A DNA stretch of 37,906 nt, from the NCBI GenBank assembly GCA_031264715.1, contig JAISDP010000138.1, positions 1-37,906 of the forward strand. Direction: 5' to 3'. Below, one piece after another: positions 17,439-26,722 of the stretch; positions within the stretch are counted from its first letter, which is position 1; each line of letters begins with the position of its first letter. Below the pieces are notes generated by a model. The model saw nothing but the letters and a program-made list of their open reading frames with translations. It searched no databases and was not told the origin of the DNA. A program made the translations under genes and the position numbers. This DNA is from Bacteroidales bacterium (lineage in GTDB: Bacteria > Bacteroidota > Bacteroidia > Bacteroidales > UBA4181).

Positions 17439-20400
17439 TCAGTTATTAAAATTGACATTCAATCCTATTGAGAAAGATTTCATTTGCGGATATCTTAACC
17501 CGTCGGAGGTTTCCAGTTCGGGATCCCACATTTTGAATTTTGAAAAAGTCAATACATTGGCGCCTCTTACAAAGATCCTGCAATCGCGGATACCTATTTT
17601 GGCAGTCCACTTGCCAGGGAATGTATAACCCAATTCGACGTTTTTCAACCGCAAAAAACTCATGTCTTGCAGCCACCATGTTGACGCCTGTGTGTTATTT
17701 GAGACGGTCATGTCGCCTAACCTGGGCCAGAATACATTCTGACTTGGATTTTCAGGCGTCCAGCGGTCATCCACATTGTACCAGATATTCCCTGCACCCT
17801 GTACCGATCCGGGCAACCAGTTTTCGCCGCCCAGCAAGCGATATGCTTTTCCGGCGCCCTGAAAGAAGACCCCGAAATCAACCGCTTTGTACTTTACATT
17901 AACTCCAAAACCGTAAATAATTTCAGGTATGACCGTTCCGCCTATGGATGTTTGGTCATTGATATCAATGGAGCCGCTATTGTCCATATCGCGGTATTTA
18001 ATATCACCGGGTCTCAAATTGGTCACTTCGCTGTAATTTTGAATCGGAATACCATCTTTCAGCGCTCCATTTACAAAATCGTCCTCGGTGAACAGTCCTT
18101 CGGCAATCAAACCAAATATTTGCCCAATAGGTTTCCCCGTTTGCGCACGGTACGTACCCACTTTTCCAAGCGGTTCATCCAGTTCGGTTATTTTATTGCG
18201 TGCGTATGTATAATTTGCCATTACGGAAACGAACCAGTCGTCATTGATTTGTTTGTTCGCGTTCAGCGACATGTCAATACCCCTGTTTTCGACTTTGCCG
18301 AAATTAGCCCAAGGCGCCCTGATGAAACCTGCAGAACCCGGAAGATTCGTCCTTTCAAGGAAAATATCCCTTCGTTTTTCCATGAATATGTCTACGGTAT
18401 AATTAACGGCATTATTCCAAAGCCCGATGTCCATCCCCAGGTTTGATTTTGCGGATGTTTCCCAAGTCAAATCGGGTATAGCGATTTCACCTTCGGCTCT
18501 TCCCAGCCTGTACACATAAGGAGTTGCAGAACCCCAGTCGACGCTTCCCAGGCTGGCTATTGTAGCAAGGTACGCAAACCGCCGTCTGACAGAGCCATCC
18601 GGGTTGCGACCTATCTCGCTGTTACCGGCTTCACCCCATGAACCTCTTATTTTCAGGTTGGAGACAACCGGTTTAAGCGGTTCCATGAAACTTTCCTGGG
18701 ACACCACCCAACCTGCCGCTACGGCAGGAAAAAATCCGTAACGTTTTCCCTTGGCAAAGTTTTCCGATCCGTTGTAGCCGAAATTAAATTCAGCCACATA
18801 TTTCCTGTCATACGAATAGGACAGACGTCCGGCAAATCCCTGAGTCCTGAAAGGCTGTGCGGATCCGTTGTCGAAACTTCTCTGGTTGTACAGCGCCATT
18901 GCGTTGATAGCGTGTACCGAGTAAAATGTCCTGTCGTAAGCAAACATCCCTTCAAGATAAACGCTTTGGTCGCCCCAGTTAGCGCCAACGGAGTGTCCCA
19001 GAAACTGTTCCCCATTTGCCTGGATGTTCAGTATCAGGTCGCCGTTTTCATCACGTGCTGTAGCGGGAATGTAATAATCCGGATTTTTGGATCTTGTTAC
19101 CCAGTTGCCTGAAAATCTATCAAACGAAAAGGTAAGTTTTGCACTTAATCCGGGCGTTACAAATTTCAAATCCTGTTCCAGGGCAGTCAATGATTCTATT
19201 TTGCTGTTATTCATCCGTTCATACCCTCTCTGGGTAGCCCATGCATATGGATTTTCCTTGGCAAATACGCGGGGGATACTCCCATCCGAATAAACCGGAG
19301 GATGAATATAAGGCGGAATCCTCATTGCCTGGAAGAAGATACCCAAATTGGTTTCGTCATTTCCCGGAGGGGCGTTTTTCGTTTGCAGGAAGCCTCCGAG
19401 GTTCACTCTCAAAAGCGTTGTGGATGTAACATTTACATCAACATTGGTACGCACGGTATACCTGTTCACTTTCAGTGACGAATCCCATTCCTGGTTGGGG
19501 TCTACTTCAGTGATCCCGTCTTCGTGGAAATATCCCAATACCATTGAATAGCGAAGGAAATCGTTTCCCCCGTTGACACTGAGGTTGGCCTTCGTACCTT
19601 TGGAATAATCTTTTGATACCACATCCCACCAGTCTACGTCGGGATAAAGTTCAGGATCGGTTTGATATTTGTAGTTCAACAGCGTAGCCTCATCAATAAA
19701 CGGAGCTCTACCGCTGTCAAGATACATTTCGTTCATCAATTCCAGATACTTCACACTTCCGACATAGTCCGGTATTTTGATGGGCGTGCTGACCGACTGT
19801 TCAATACGGAAATTCACCTGCGGCTTGCCGATATTTCCTCTTTTGGTATTGATCATGATTACCCCGTTAGCGCCTCTCACTCCGTAAACAGCGCTTGCAG
19901 CCGCATCTTTCAATACCGAAAATGATGCAATTTCTTCCGGATCAAGGTCGTGTAAGGACCTTTCGATACCATCCACCAAAACAAGGGGAGTTGCGACCGA
20001 ATTGAAGGTGCTGATACCCCTGATCCAGAAATCGGAGTTGTTGAACCACGGGTTACCGCTACGCTGTACCGCAATCACGCCGGAAACCATGCCCGCCAAA
20101 TTATTACTCAGCGACCGGCTTGGCGATCTCTGCAAAAGTTCCGGAGAAATACTGGAAATGGAACCCACAACAGAGGCTTTTTTCTGGGTGCCGAATCCAA
20201 CAACTACAACCTCGTCCAGCATTTCCAGGTTTTCATCAAGGGTTACGTCTATAATGCCCTCTTTCTTGACTTCTACTTCTTTCGCTTTGAATCCTACGTA
20301 TGAAAAATTCAGGACAGGATTCTCTGTCGTCAGCCGCAACACATAGGTTCCGTTCACATCTGTTACGGTTCCGTTCAATGTATTGGCTTCTACCACATTT

Positions 20401-20534
20401 ACACCAACAAGCAATTCGCCGTTGATGTCCATTACACGTCCCGTAACCTGCTTTTGCTGTGCCTGACAGACATTAAAACAAGCTGAGACACCTAAAAACA
20501 GCAAGGTCAATAAAATTTTGATATTATTTTTCAT
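17439..20534 (-). CDS. SusC/RagA-type TonB-dependent transporter
   Basis: 1031 aa with a carboxypeptidase-regulatory-like N-terminus (GTVTDVNGTYVL) and a plug signature (FSVLKDAAASAVYGVRGANGVIMINTKRG). Confidence 0.95.
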   Translation of the reverse strand: MKNNIKILLTLLFLGVSACFNVCQAQQKQVTGRVMDINGELLVGVNVVEANTLNGTVTDVNGTYVLRLTTENPVLNFSYVGFKAKEVEVKKEGIIDVTLDENLEMLDEVVVVGFGTQKKASVVGSISSISPELLQRSPSRSLSNNLAGMVSGVIAVQRSGNPWFNNSDFWIRGISTFNSVATPLVLVDGIERSLHDLDPEEIASFSVLKDAAASAVYGVRGANGVIMINTKRGNIGKPQVNFRIEQSVSTPIKIPDYVGSVKYLELMNEMYLDSGRAPFIDEATLLNYKYQTDPELYPDVDWWDVVSKDYSKGTKANLSVNGGNDFLRYSMVLGYFHEDGITEVDPNQEWDSSLKVNRYTVRTNVDVNVTSTTLLRVNLGGFLQTKNAPPGNDETNLGIFFQAMRIPPYIHPPVYSDGSIPRVFAKENPYAWATQRGYERMNNSKIESLTALEQDLKFVTPGLSAKLTFSFDRFSGNWVTRSKNPDYYIPATARDENGDLILNIQANGEQFLGHSVGANWGDQSVYLEGMFAYDRTFYSVHAINAMALYNQRSFDNGSAQPFRTQGFAGRLSYSYDRKYVAEFNFGYNGSENFAKGKRYGFFPAVAAGWVVSQESFMEPLKPVVSNLKIRGSWGEAGNSEIGRNPDGSVRRRFAYLATIASLGSVDWGSATPYVYRLGRAEGEIAIPDLTWETSAKSNLGMDIGLWNNAVNYTVDIFMEKRRDIFLERTNLPGSAGFIRAPWANFGKVENRGIDMSLNANKQINDDWFVSVMANYTYARNKITELDEPLGKVGTYRAQTGKPIGQIFGLIAEGLFTEDDFVNGALKDGIPIQNYSEVTNLRPGDIKYRDMDNSGSIDINDQTSIGGTVIPEIIYGFGVNVKYKAVDFGVFFQGAGKAYRLLGGENWLPGSVQGAGNIWYNVDDRWTPENPSQNVFWPRLGDMTVSNNTQASTWWLQDMSFLRLKNVELGYTFPGKWTAKIGIRDCRIFVRGANVLTFSKFKMWDPELETSDGLRYPQMKSFSIGLNVNFNN

Positions 20535-20853
20535 TTGATCAAGTTTTAAGGTTAAGAATTTTAAAAAATTTTATTCATTTGTTTATTATTATTTCAATGA
20601 TCTTTTTATTTGAAATATCATGTTTAGAGTTTTAACAGGCTTTAGCCTTTTTTCAGAAGGTTTTAGCCTGTATACGGACGTTTGGTCCGTGTCGCCTTTT
20701 AGAACCCGTAACATTATCACTGGTTCGTTAAAAATTAAGTGACAATATTACCGGGATTCAAATCATTATACACTGCGCGTGCGCGCGCGATTATATTGTG
20801 TGTCGCGGGTACATTATACTTTTTCCATATTTATTGTTTTAAATGATTATTGA

Positions 20854-22794
20854 TTATTGTTTTTCAAGTATGATTCGGTCAAAATGGAATTTTGAACCCA
20901 GACCGGTTTTTTTGAATCGTATGGTAATGGAATTTGTATGGCGGGTAATATTGATCATCCCGATTTCCTTTCGTTCCATGAAAATTTCATCCTTGCTGTT
21001 CACATCCTGCCAGTCGGAGATCATTTTTTGGCGGTTCCATACCGAAAAGGCTCCTCCGTCGGGTGTTTTGAAGTAGGATAACTTCAATTTGTACATTCCT
21101 TCGGGAATATCGTCCAGCATGATGCGAACCATCGATTCGCCATTGGTGGCGGCGATCAATCTCCCCCTGTTTTCGATCGTTCCGTCCCAACCAATCGACA
21201 GATTCATTAACTGCGGGAAAAATACATGCGTTGTCGGAGCATAAACCGTGCGCAGTTTTTCGACAGGCTCGACCACGCTACCCGAAGGCTCAACGCCGTA
21301 ATAAAAAGCCACGGAGGTATAATCAACGGGGAAACGGTTCTTTTCGGGCCCGTGCTCCATGGTAAACAGCAGATCGTTCTCAAATGTCAGCTTGTCGGTC
21401 ATGTAAAAACGGTAGCCTCCTGTCCGGCACATTTGCAGGGAATAATCGAGCGAGCCATGTATCGGGAGGCTTACGCCCCTGTCCCACCGGTCGAGCAAAG
21501 CATACCAGCCCCCGTTGTAGAGGTCTTCGGAGCCTGTTCCGTGCATCCTCATCTTTCCGTCTACCGCTATGGAATCATCGCCTTCGAAAAAAAGCGTCAT
21601 GCCGGGAATCAAGCCCTGTGCCTGATGTACTATGCCCACAAAATGTCCCTTACCCGATGTTTTTGCCATTAAATAAGGCTCAAATTCTTCAGGTTCGATC
21701 TCGCGACGCCAAATGGTATATAAACGCCCCTCTTTGTCGGGATTTTGCGCTACATCGGAATAATAGACTCTGGTTTTCAATTCTACCTTAGGCTGGTCTT
21801 CTGCACGTTTCGCATAAGTAAACTTCAAATCGGCCTTTTTCCCGAAAGGCATCGGCAGGTACGAATAATTGACGCCCCGGCTGTTTCCGGCAAGAATACT
21901 TTGCATGGCAGGCTTCCCGAACGCATACCCGAAAAAATCGGCGGCAGGACTGTTGATCGCCGGAGCATTGTCATCGTCCCAATACGCCTGCAATAAAATA
22001 TCCCTGTTGTTCCCCGACAAGGCTTCCCCACAATCGATCTCCATCCCTAAAATACGTCCGCCGCTGCTGCGCGAGAAAAAAGGAACAGACTCTCCGGGAG
22101 ACAAAACGATCGTTTTGGTTTCCGTTTTAACATCCGGCGCAAAATTTTGCGGTATAGTTAAAGGATTAACTTGCCGTTGCCAAAAAACACAAGCGGCAGC
22201 TAAAGACGATTTTTGTGCTTCCGTCCAGTTCATCGAGAAAGATTCAACATTCGTTTTGGCAGGATACGTACGGTACTGTATCTGGTGAAATTCGATTTTC
22301 GGGCCAACATACATGATCTTGCACGATTTTTTGTACTGAATCGGGATGTAACAGTAATATCCCCCCACCTCATTGCCGCAAACAGGATTCACAAAAGGAT
22401 ATACTTTCCCCGAAAACAGGTCGATAAACGGGATGCTGATCCGGGGCGTCTTTTCACCGTCAATGTAAAATTGTATGGTATCCCTTGCAGGAGTGGGCGT
22501 CCAAATGCGATTAACGACCCCGGGCCCTTTCAAATCGGCAAGAACCAGTTTATTGCCTTCTTTCCGTATATACGAATATTTACCGGAGAAACCGTCGTCA
22601 TTGCCTCCCGTCCGGTCATAGCTCGACATCTGTTCAACGATTCCCTGACGGTATCCGGACAATAATTCGGGACGAAACAATTGTTCCAGTTCCGATTCCA
22701 TTGTAATACTGTTGTCTTTTCTGGTTTGAGCTGTCAACAAAAGCGAATGCGACAAAAGAACAACAATGGGTACGATATAAAATGATTTTTTCAT
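20854..22794 (-). CDS. DUF2961 / GH172 glycoside hydrolase with a ~130-aa C-terminal extension
   Basis: Hallmarks MSSYDRTGGNDDG, GPGVVNRIWTPTP and HGTGSEDLYNGGW. The start is set at MKKSFYIVPIVVLL (22794). The track's 22875 start would overlap the upstream gene. Confidence 0.8.
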   Translation of the reverse strand: MKKSFYIVPIVVLLSHSLLLTAQTRKDNSITMESELEQLFRPELLSGYRQGIVEQMSSYDRTGGNDDGFSGKYSYIRKEGNKLVLADLKGPGVVNRIWTPTPARDTIQFYIDGEKTPRISIPFIDLFSGKVYPFVNPVCGNEVGGYYCYIPIQYKKSCKIMYVGPKIEFHQIQYRTYPAKTNVESFSMNWTEAQKSSLAAACVFWQRQVNPLTIPQNFAPDVKTETKTIVLSPGESVPFFSRSSGGRILGMEIDCGEALSGNNRDILLQAYWDDDNAPAINSPAADFFGYAFGKPAMQSILAGNSRGVNYSYLPMPFGKKADLKFTYAKRAEDQPKVELKTRVYYSDVAQNPDKEGRLYTIWRREIEPEEFEPYLMAKTSGKGHFVGIVHQAQGLIPGMTLFFEGDDSIAVDGKMRMHGTGSEDLYNGGWYALLDRWDRGVSLPIHGSLDYSLQMCRTGGYRFYMTDKLTFENDLLFTMEHGPEKNRFPVDYTSVAFYYGVEPSGSVVEPVEKLRTVYAPTTHVFFPQLMNLSIGWDGTIENRGRLIAATNGESMVRIMLDDIPEGMYKLKLSYFKTPDGGAFSVWNRQKMISDWQDVNSKDEIFMERKEIGMINITRHTNSITIRFKKTGLGSKFHFDRIILEKQ

Positions 22795-22828
22795 TTTGAT
22801 ATGCATTAATTTTGTGTCCACCTCCAAG

Positions 22829-24052
22829 TTAAAAAACTGCTTTAGTGAGCGAAATCCCGAACAGTTTTTCGGCAATCGGATTCAAATCATTCTCTTCTCC
22901 CACAAAATGAAAGACGGTATGACGATGGCTCAACGATTCGGCGGATTTCAGGAATGCGGCGGGCGATACGCTCTCTACTTCGAGGAAAGGCCCCATGATG
23001 CTGCCGTCTTCTAACGGCCCGTCGTTATAGGCATTCATAGCATCGCCCAACAACGGATCTTTCGCGGGATTCCATTCCTGATTCAAATAAGTGGCATTTT
23101 TATCCACATCGAAGACAGTAACAGTCAATCGCCCGGAATCGGGATCGTAATTACCCGCGATGGCTTTGACCCTTTTGCCGTTCATCCCCATCTTGCTCCT
23201 GTATTTCCCGTCGGTTTTCAGATAGAGCATGCCGTCTTTTATTTTTAACCTGTCGGCCGGTATTTCACCGAAATAATCGGTAGTGGCGATTTTTCCCAAT
23301 CCGGCCTCATCGCCTTCGTTAAACGGGATGAATGTAAATGCCCTGGGAGCGGGGATAAACATGTCGAGTATCCAGATGCAGATGGTTCCCGTTTCGGTGT
23401 TCCATTCAAAATCGTTCAGGTTCGTGATCTGATGATCCGTTACGTATGCCACGGCGTTGATTTTATCGCTCAGGCCGATTCCCAATATGCCTGTTATTTG
23501 ACTGTTGTCAATCAGTTCGATTTTCCTGTCCACATTCAGTTTTAATTGATACCCCCTGTAATTGGTCACCGTCATTTCCTTTTTCAGGACGGCCTGTTTT
23601 TCATTGGAAGAAACAACATCCCAAGGCTCAATGTCAATGGGCTTCGGAGTGTGCCAATTGTCATACGCCTGTTCCTGTCCCTTTTCAAAATAAATCGAAT
23701 ACTGCCCGCCTTCAGGACCCAGCCAGAAGCGATTTTCGCCGCCATACCCGTTCATGTGCTCATCAATGACATTGGAATTGAGCACATCGTGATTGACAAA
23801 CCCCAGACTGTTTCCATCCGGTCCATTGGCGGTACTCGTAAACACTTTTGCCTGGTATTTGGGGGAAACAATCACTTCCGCCCCATTACCTCCCTTCAGG
23901 ACAATCAAGCTACTGTCTTTCTCTTTCAGAAATTGAAGGTCATAACCATAGGCGCCTTTTCGGTAAAAATACATACTTTTCTTTTTAGAATTGTTACAAT
24001 TTAATAATGTCAACACAAACAAAGCGGTTAACAAAACAGTGATCCTTTTCAT
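22829..24052 (-). CDS. Lipoprotein of unknown function, 407 aa
   Basis: Lipobox LTLLNC. The motif GYGGENRFWLGPEGGQYSIYF is reminiscent of mutarotase-like beta-sandwich DUF families, but I cannot assign a family with confidence. Confidence 0.65.
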   Translation of the reverse strand: MKRITVLLTALFVLTLLNCNNSKKKSMYFYRKGAYGYDLQFLKEKDSSLIVLKGGNGAEVIVSPKYQAKVFTSTANGPDGNSLGFVNHDVLNSNVIDEHMNGYGGENRFWLGPEGGQYSIYFEKGQEQAYDNWHTPKPIDIEPWDVVSSNEKQAVLKKEMTVTNYRGYQLKLNVDRKIELIDNSQITGILGIGLSDKINAVAYVTDHQITNLNDFEWNTETGTICIWILDMFIPAPRAFTFIPFNEGDEAGLGKIATTDYFGEIPADRLKIKDGMLYLKTDGKYRSKMGMNGKRVKAIAGNYDPDSGRLTVTVFDVDKNATYLNQEWNPAKDPLLGDAMNAYNDGPLEDGSIMGPFLEVESVSPAAFLKSAESLSHRHTVFHFVGEENDLNPIAEKLFGISLTKAVF

Positions 24053-24105
24053 ACCTTAAATAAATAATAATTTTAAACATTTTAAATTATCCGGTTAAAC
24101 ATTGT

Positions 24106-26664
24106 TCACAGCGCTGCTTCGTTTCCCGAAACCATGCACTTTTTCACATCAATAACGCCATACTTCACATCGACAAACGGTTTTCCGTTTTTCAGCCCGA
24201 CATTTCCAAACCCCGTGCCGGTCGATAAGAATGAAACAAAGTCATTTCCAACCCGCGAGTTGATATACAGCGTTTTATCAACCGCATCGTAACGCACTCC
24301 CGTCAATCCCTCGATCAGGGCGTAACTTGCCATTGCCCGCGCATACCACGCACCGCACTCATATTCGTTGAACGGATTGCGGATACGCCCGTCATACCTG
24401 TCCCTGCAAGTACGAACAATGTCCAGACCCTTTTCTACTTCGCCTTCGAACATCAAGTGCGATGCCGCCTGGTATTCAATGCCTGTCCATACCTCGTCGC
24501 TGTATACAAAGGGCAGGCTTAGCTTTCCGCCTTTAGGCCAGCTACACAACAACAGGCCGCCATCCTCGCCCAGCGCAAAGGTTGGCCGCTGCGGATTGGC
24601 ATGGTTTTGCAAGTCCTTTTTCAGGTTGTATTTGTGTACGGATTTCAAGTGACTGGCGATCTTTTCAGGATCGATCACTTCGGGCATCCCGCATACCAGG
24701 GACATCCACGAACCAAGGACTCCGTCGGACAGGCAGCCTTTGCCGTATTGGTATTTGGGGCCTTCCTTTTCCAGTAATTTAAGCGCTTCGGCGGAATAAT
24801 GAGTATGGAAAGTCTGGGCTTTTGTTGGGTCGGGAGCGTTCAGGCCTTTCCAGCGAATATCATGAATAAAATATTCTCCGTCGTAGAGTTTGTTTTCCAT
24901 ATAATCTTTGCTTTTGGCCAGCAAGTCTTCATATTCGGAAACGTTTTCATCCAGCGCTTTTCCCATCAAGACCGCGGCCTGCAATGCTCCCGAATAAAAA
25001 CTGTTGATCATCCCGTTCGGCCCCCAAAATTCAATGTCGTAGGTATTGTGATGAGGTTCTTCAACTGCTCCTGTTTTCCTGGGGTCCCATGTCCCGATAC
25101 AATAGTCCATGCTCGATTTCACATACGGATAGATGGTTTTTAACCAATCGGCGCTGCCGGATATTCTCCATTCGCGGTACACTTTCATGATCCCGCCTAA
25201 CTGTCCGTCAGCCGCCGAATGAAAGTCATGGATTACGGGGCGTATGGGCAAATTGCTACGGAATGTCTGGTGTCCCTCCGTATTTTGGCTTACGAAAAAT
25301 TCCGTTTCGCGCAATGTCCTTTCCATGGCTGGGAATAAATGTGGAACGGCCTGTGCATAATTCCACACATGCGTACAGGAACCGTGGCAAGAACCCCATG
25401 TATCGCCGCACCCTTCCCAGTTCCACATCCGTCCGTCGTACTGGCGGAAAACGGTGGGGGATTTTAATATGGTCAGGTTTGCCGCAACCGCTTCGATAAC
25501 TTCAGCGGGTAGCGTGCTCCTGTAAAAAGCATCGCTGAAAATTTCCGATTTCGCTTTCAGGTCTTTATAATGATCCATCCAGTAAGCGGCGACTTCGCCT
25601 ACGTCATTGAATTTGCTGCCATACCAGGGACGGTAATTGCCTTCGCCTTTGTTGTCGTACGGATAGCATGAGTTGGCGCTGTCGGCGCAAGCAGGAGGAT
25701 TGGGAACATCCGTATTTGATTTGGGCTCTCCTCCTATCCTCAAATGGGAATAAGGCACATACCAGGCCATGTAAAGCTTTACGGTCTTCGATTCGCCGGG
25801 CTTCAGCCCGAAGGGAACAAACAGCGATGCGCCGGGAGCGCCGGGCTCCTTTTCGGGACAGGTATTCATCACGCCTTCGGTCAATTCGTTCCAGCACATG
25901 GTTAAAGGATCGAACCAGGCTCCCCTGAACCAGCAGTGGTTGACAACAGTTTCGGGATTATCGGTGTAAATTGCGAAATTTCCCTGGTGGAAAGGCTCTT
26001 CTTCAGTTCCTGTCTGGCAAAGGACAAAACCGTTGTTCATGGAACTTATGTACGAATTTCCTTTGCCATGAACATACATGAAATTACGGGTGTTGCAGGA
26101 AAAAATTGCATCTATTTCCGTATTGCCCGTATTACGGAACTCATACTCCAGCCCTCCGACAGGCAGGCTTGAGTTATCGGCATCGGTGGGGATAAAGGGA
26201 TTCCACGCCGTTAACTTGACTTCAACGGGCATGTCGCTGTCTTTCAGCTCCAGTTCGGCAAAAGGGAAACGCGCCGTGAATGAGTTTTCTTTAAAACGCG
26301 GCAATCCCCAGGTTCCGCCGCCACCCAATGCGGAATGGGGCATCCCGAATTTTTTCCAGTCCGGCAGGAGACCTTCCAGGATTTTGGTTCCGTTTTCAAC
26401 GCCTTTGACATGCAGCGCCGCAAACATGGTTGGTTCATGGAACACATCGGGACGATGCCTTACGGACATGTTGGAGATGGCTCCGCTACCCTCGACACAG
26501 AACATTCCCGTTCCAAGACCTCCTATCGGAAAGGCAATCCTGGCCAAATGTTCTCCTTCATATTTGCCGTTAAATTTACGCGCTTTTGATGTGTCATTTT
26601 TACAACAGGCTCCCAACAATAAAATTGAAAGAACCGTGACCGAAATAATGAATGGTTTCTTCAT
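24106..26664 (-). CDS. GH116-family glycoside hydrolase (GBA2-type; candidate exo-beta-D-arabinofuranosidase) lipoprotein
   Basis: 852 aa with lipobox LLGAC. The GBA2-type N-terminal motif HLARIAFPIGGLGTGMFCVEGSG is present. The length and the C-terminal (alpha/alpha)6-like region fit GH116. Confidence 0.8.
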   Translation of the reverse strand: MKKPFIISVTVLSILLLGACCKNDTSKARKFNGKYEGEHLARIAFPIGGLGTGMFCVEGSGAISNMSVRHRPDVFHEPTMFAALHVKGVENGTKILEGLLPDWKKFGMPHSALGGGGTWGLPRFKENSFTARFPFAELELKDSDMPVEVKLTAWNPFIPTDADNSSLPVGGLEYEFRNTGNTEIDAIFSCNTRNFMYVHGKGNSYISSMNNGFVLCQTGTEEEPFHQGNFAIYTDNPETVVNHCWFRGAWFDPLTMCWNELTEGVMNTCPEKEPGAPGASLFVPFGLKPGESKTVKLYMAWYVPYSHLRIGGEPKSNTDVPNPPACADSANSCYPYDNKGEGNYRPWYGSKFNDVGEVAAYWMDHYKDLKAKSEIFSDAFYRSTLPAEVIEAVAANLTILKSPTVFRQYDGRMWNWEGCGDTWGSCHGSCTHVWNYAQAVPHLFPAMERTLRETEFFVSQNTEGHQTFRSNLPIRPVIHDFHSAADGQLGGIMKVYREWRISGSADWLKTIYPYVKSSMDYCIGTWDPRKTGAVEEPHHNTYDIEFWGPNGMINSFYSGALQAAVLMGKALDENVSEYEDLLAKSKDYMENKLYDGEYFIHDIRWKGLNAPDPTKAQTFHTHYSAEALKLLEKEGPKYQYGKGCLSDGVLGSWMSLVCGMPEVIDPEKIASHLKSVHKYNLKKDLQNHANPQRPTFALGEDGGLLLCSWPKGGKLSLPFVYSDEVWTGIEYQAASHLMFEGEVEKGLDIVRTCRDRYDGRIRNPFNEYECGAWYARAMASYALIEGLTGVRYDAVDKTLYINSRVGNDFVSFLSTGTGFGNVGLKNGKPFVDVKYGVIDVKKCMVSGNEAAL

Positions 26665-26676
26665 AATGGATACATT

Positions 26677-26690
26677 TTTAATCGTATTAT
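26677..26690. promoter_or_regulatory. Weaker operator-like site TTTAATCGTATTAT
   Basis: Shares the TTAATCG half-site. The AAnCGnTT core matches 7 of 8 positions. It lies 12 bp upstream of the GH116 ATG. Confidence 0.25.
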
Positions 26691-26722
26691 TTTAACAATT
26701 CGGGCTCATACCTGTTCAATAT

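Noticed and set aside
22795-22875. N-terminal extensions given by the ORF track (22875 here; also 6018, 6513, 14460 and 17458)
   Set aside because: The longest-ORF starts overlap the upstream gene or precede an obvious signal peptide or lipobox Met. I chose the internal ATGs at 22794, 5949, 6456, 14436 and 17428.
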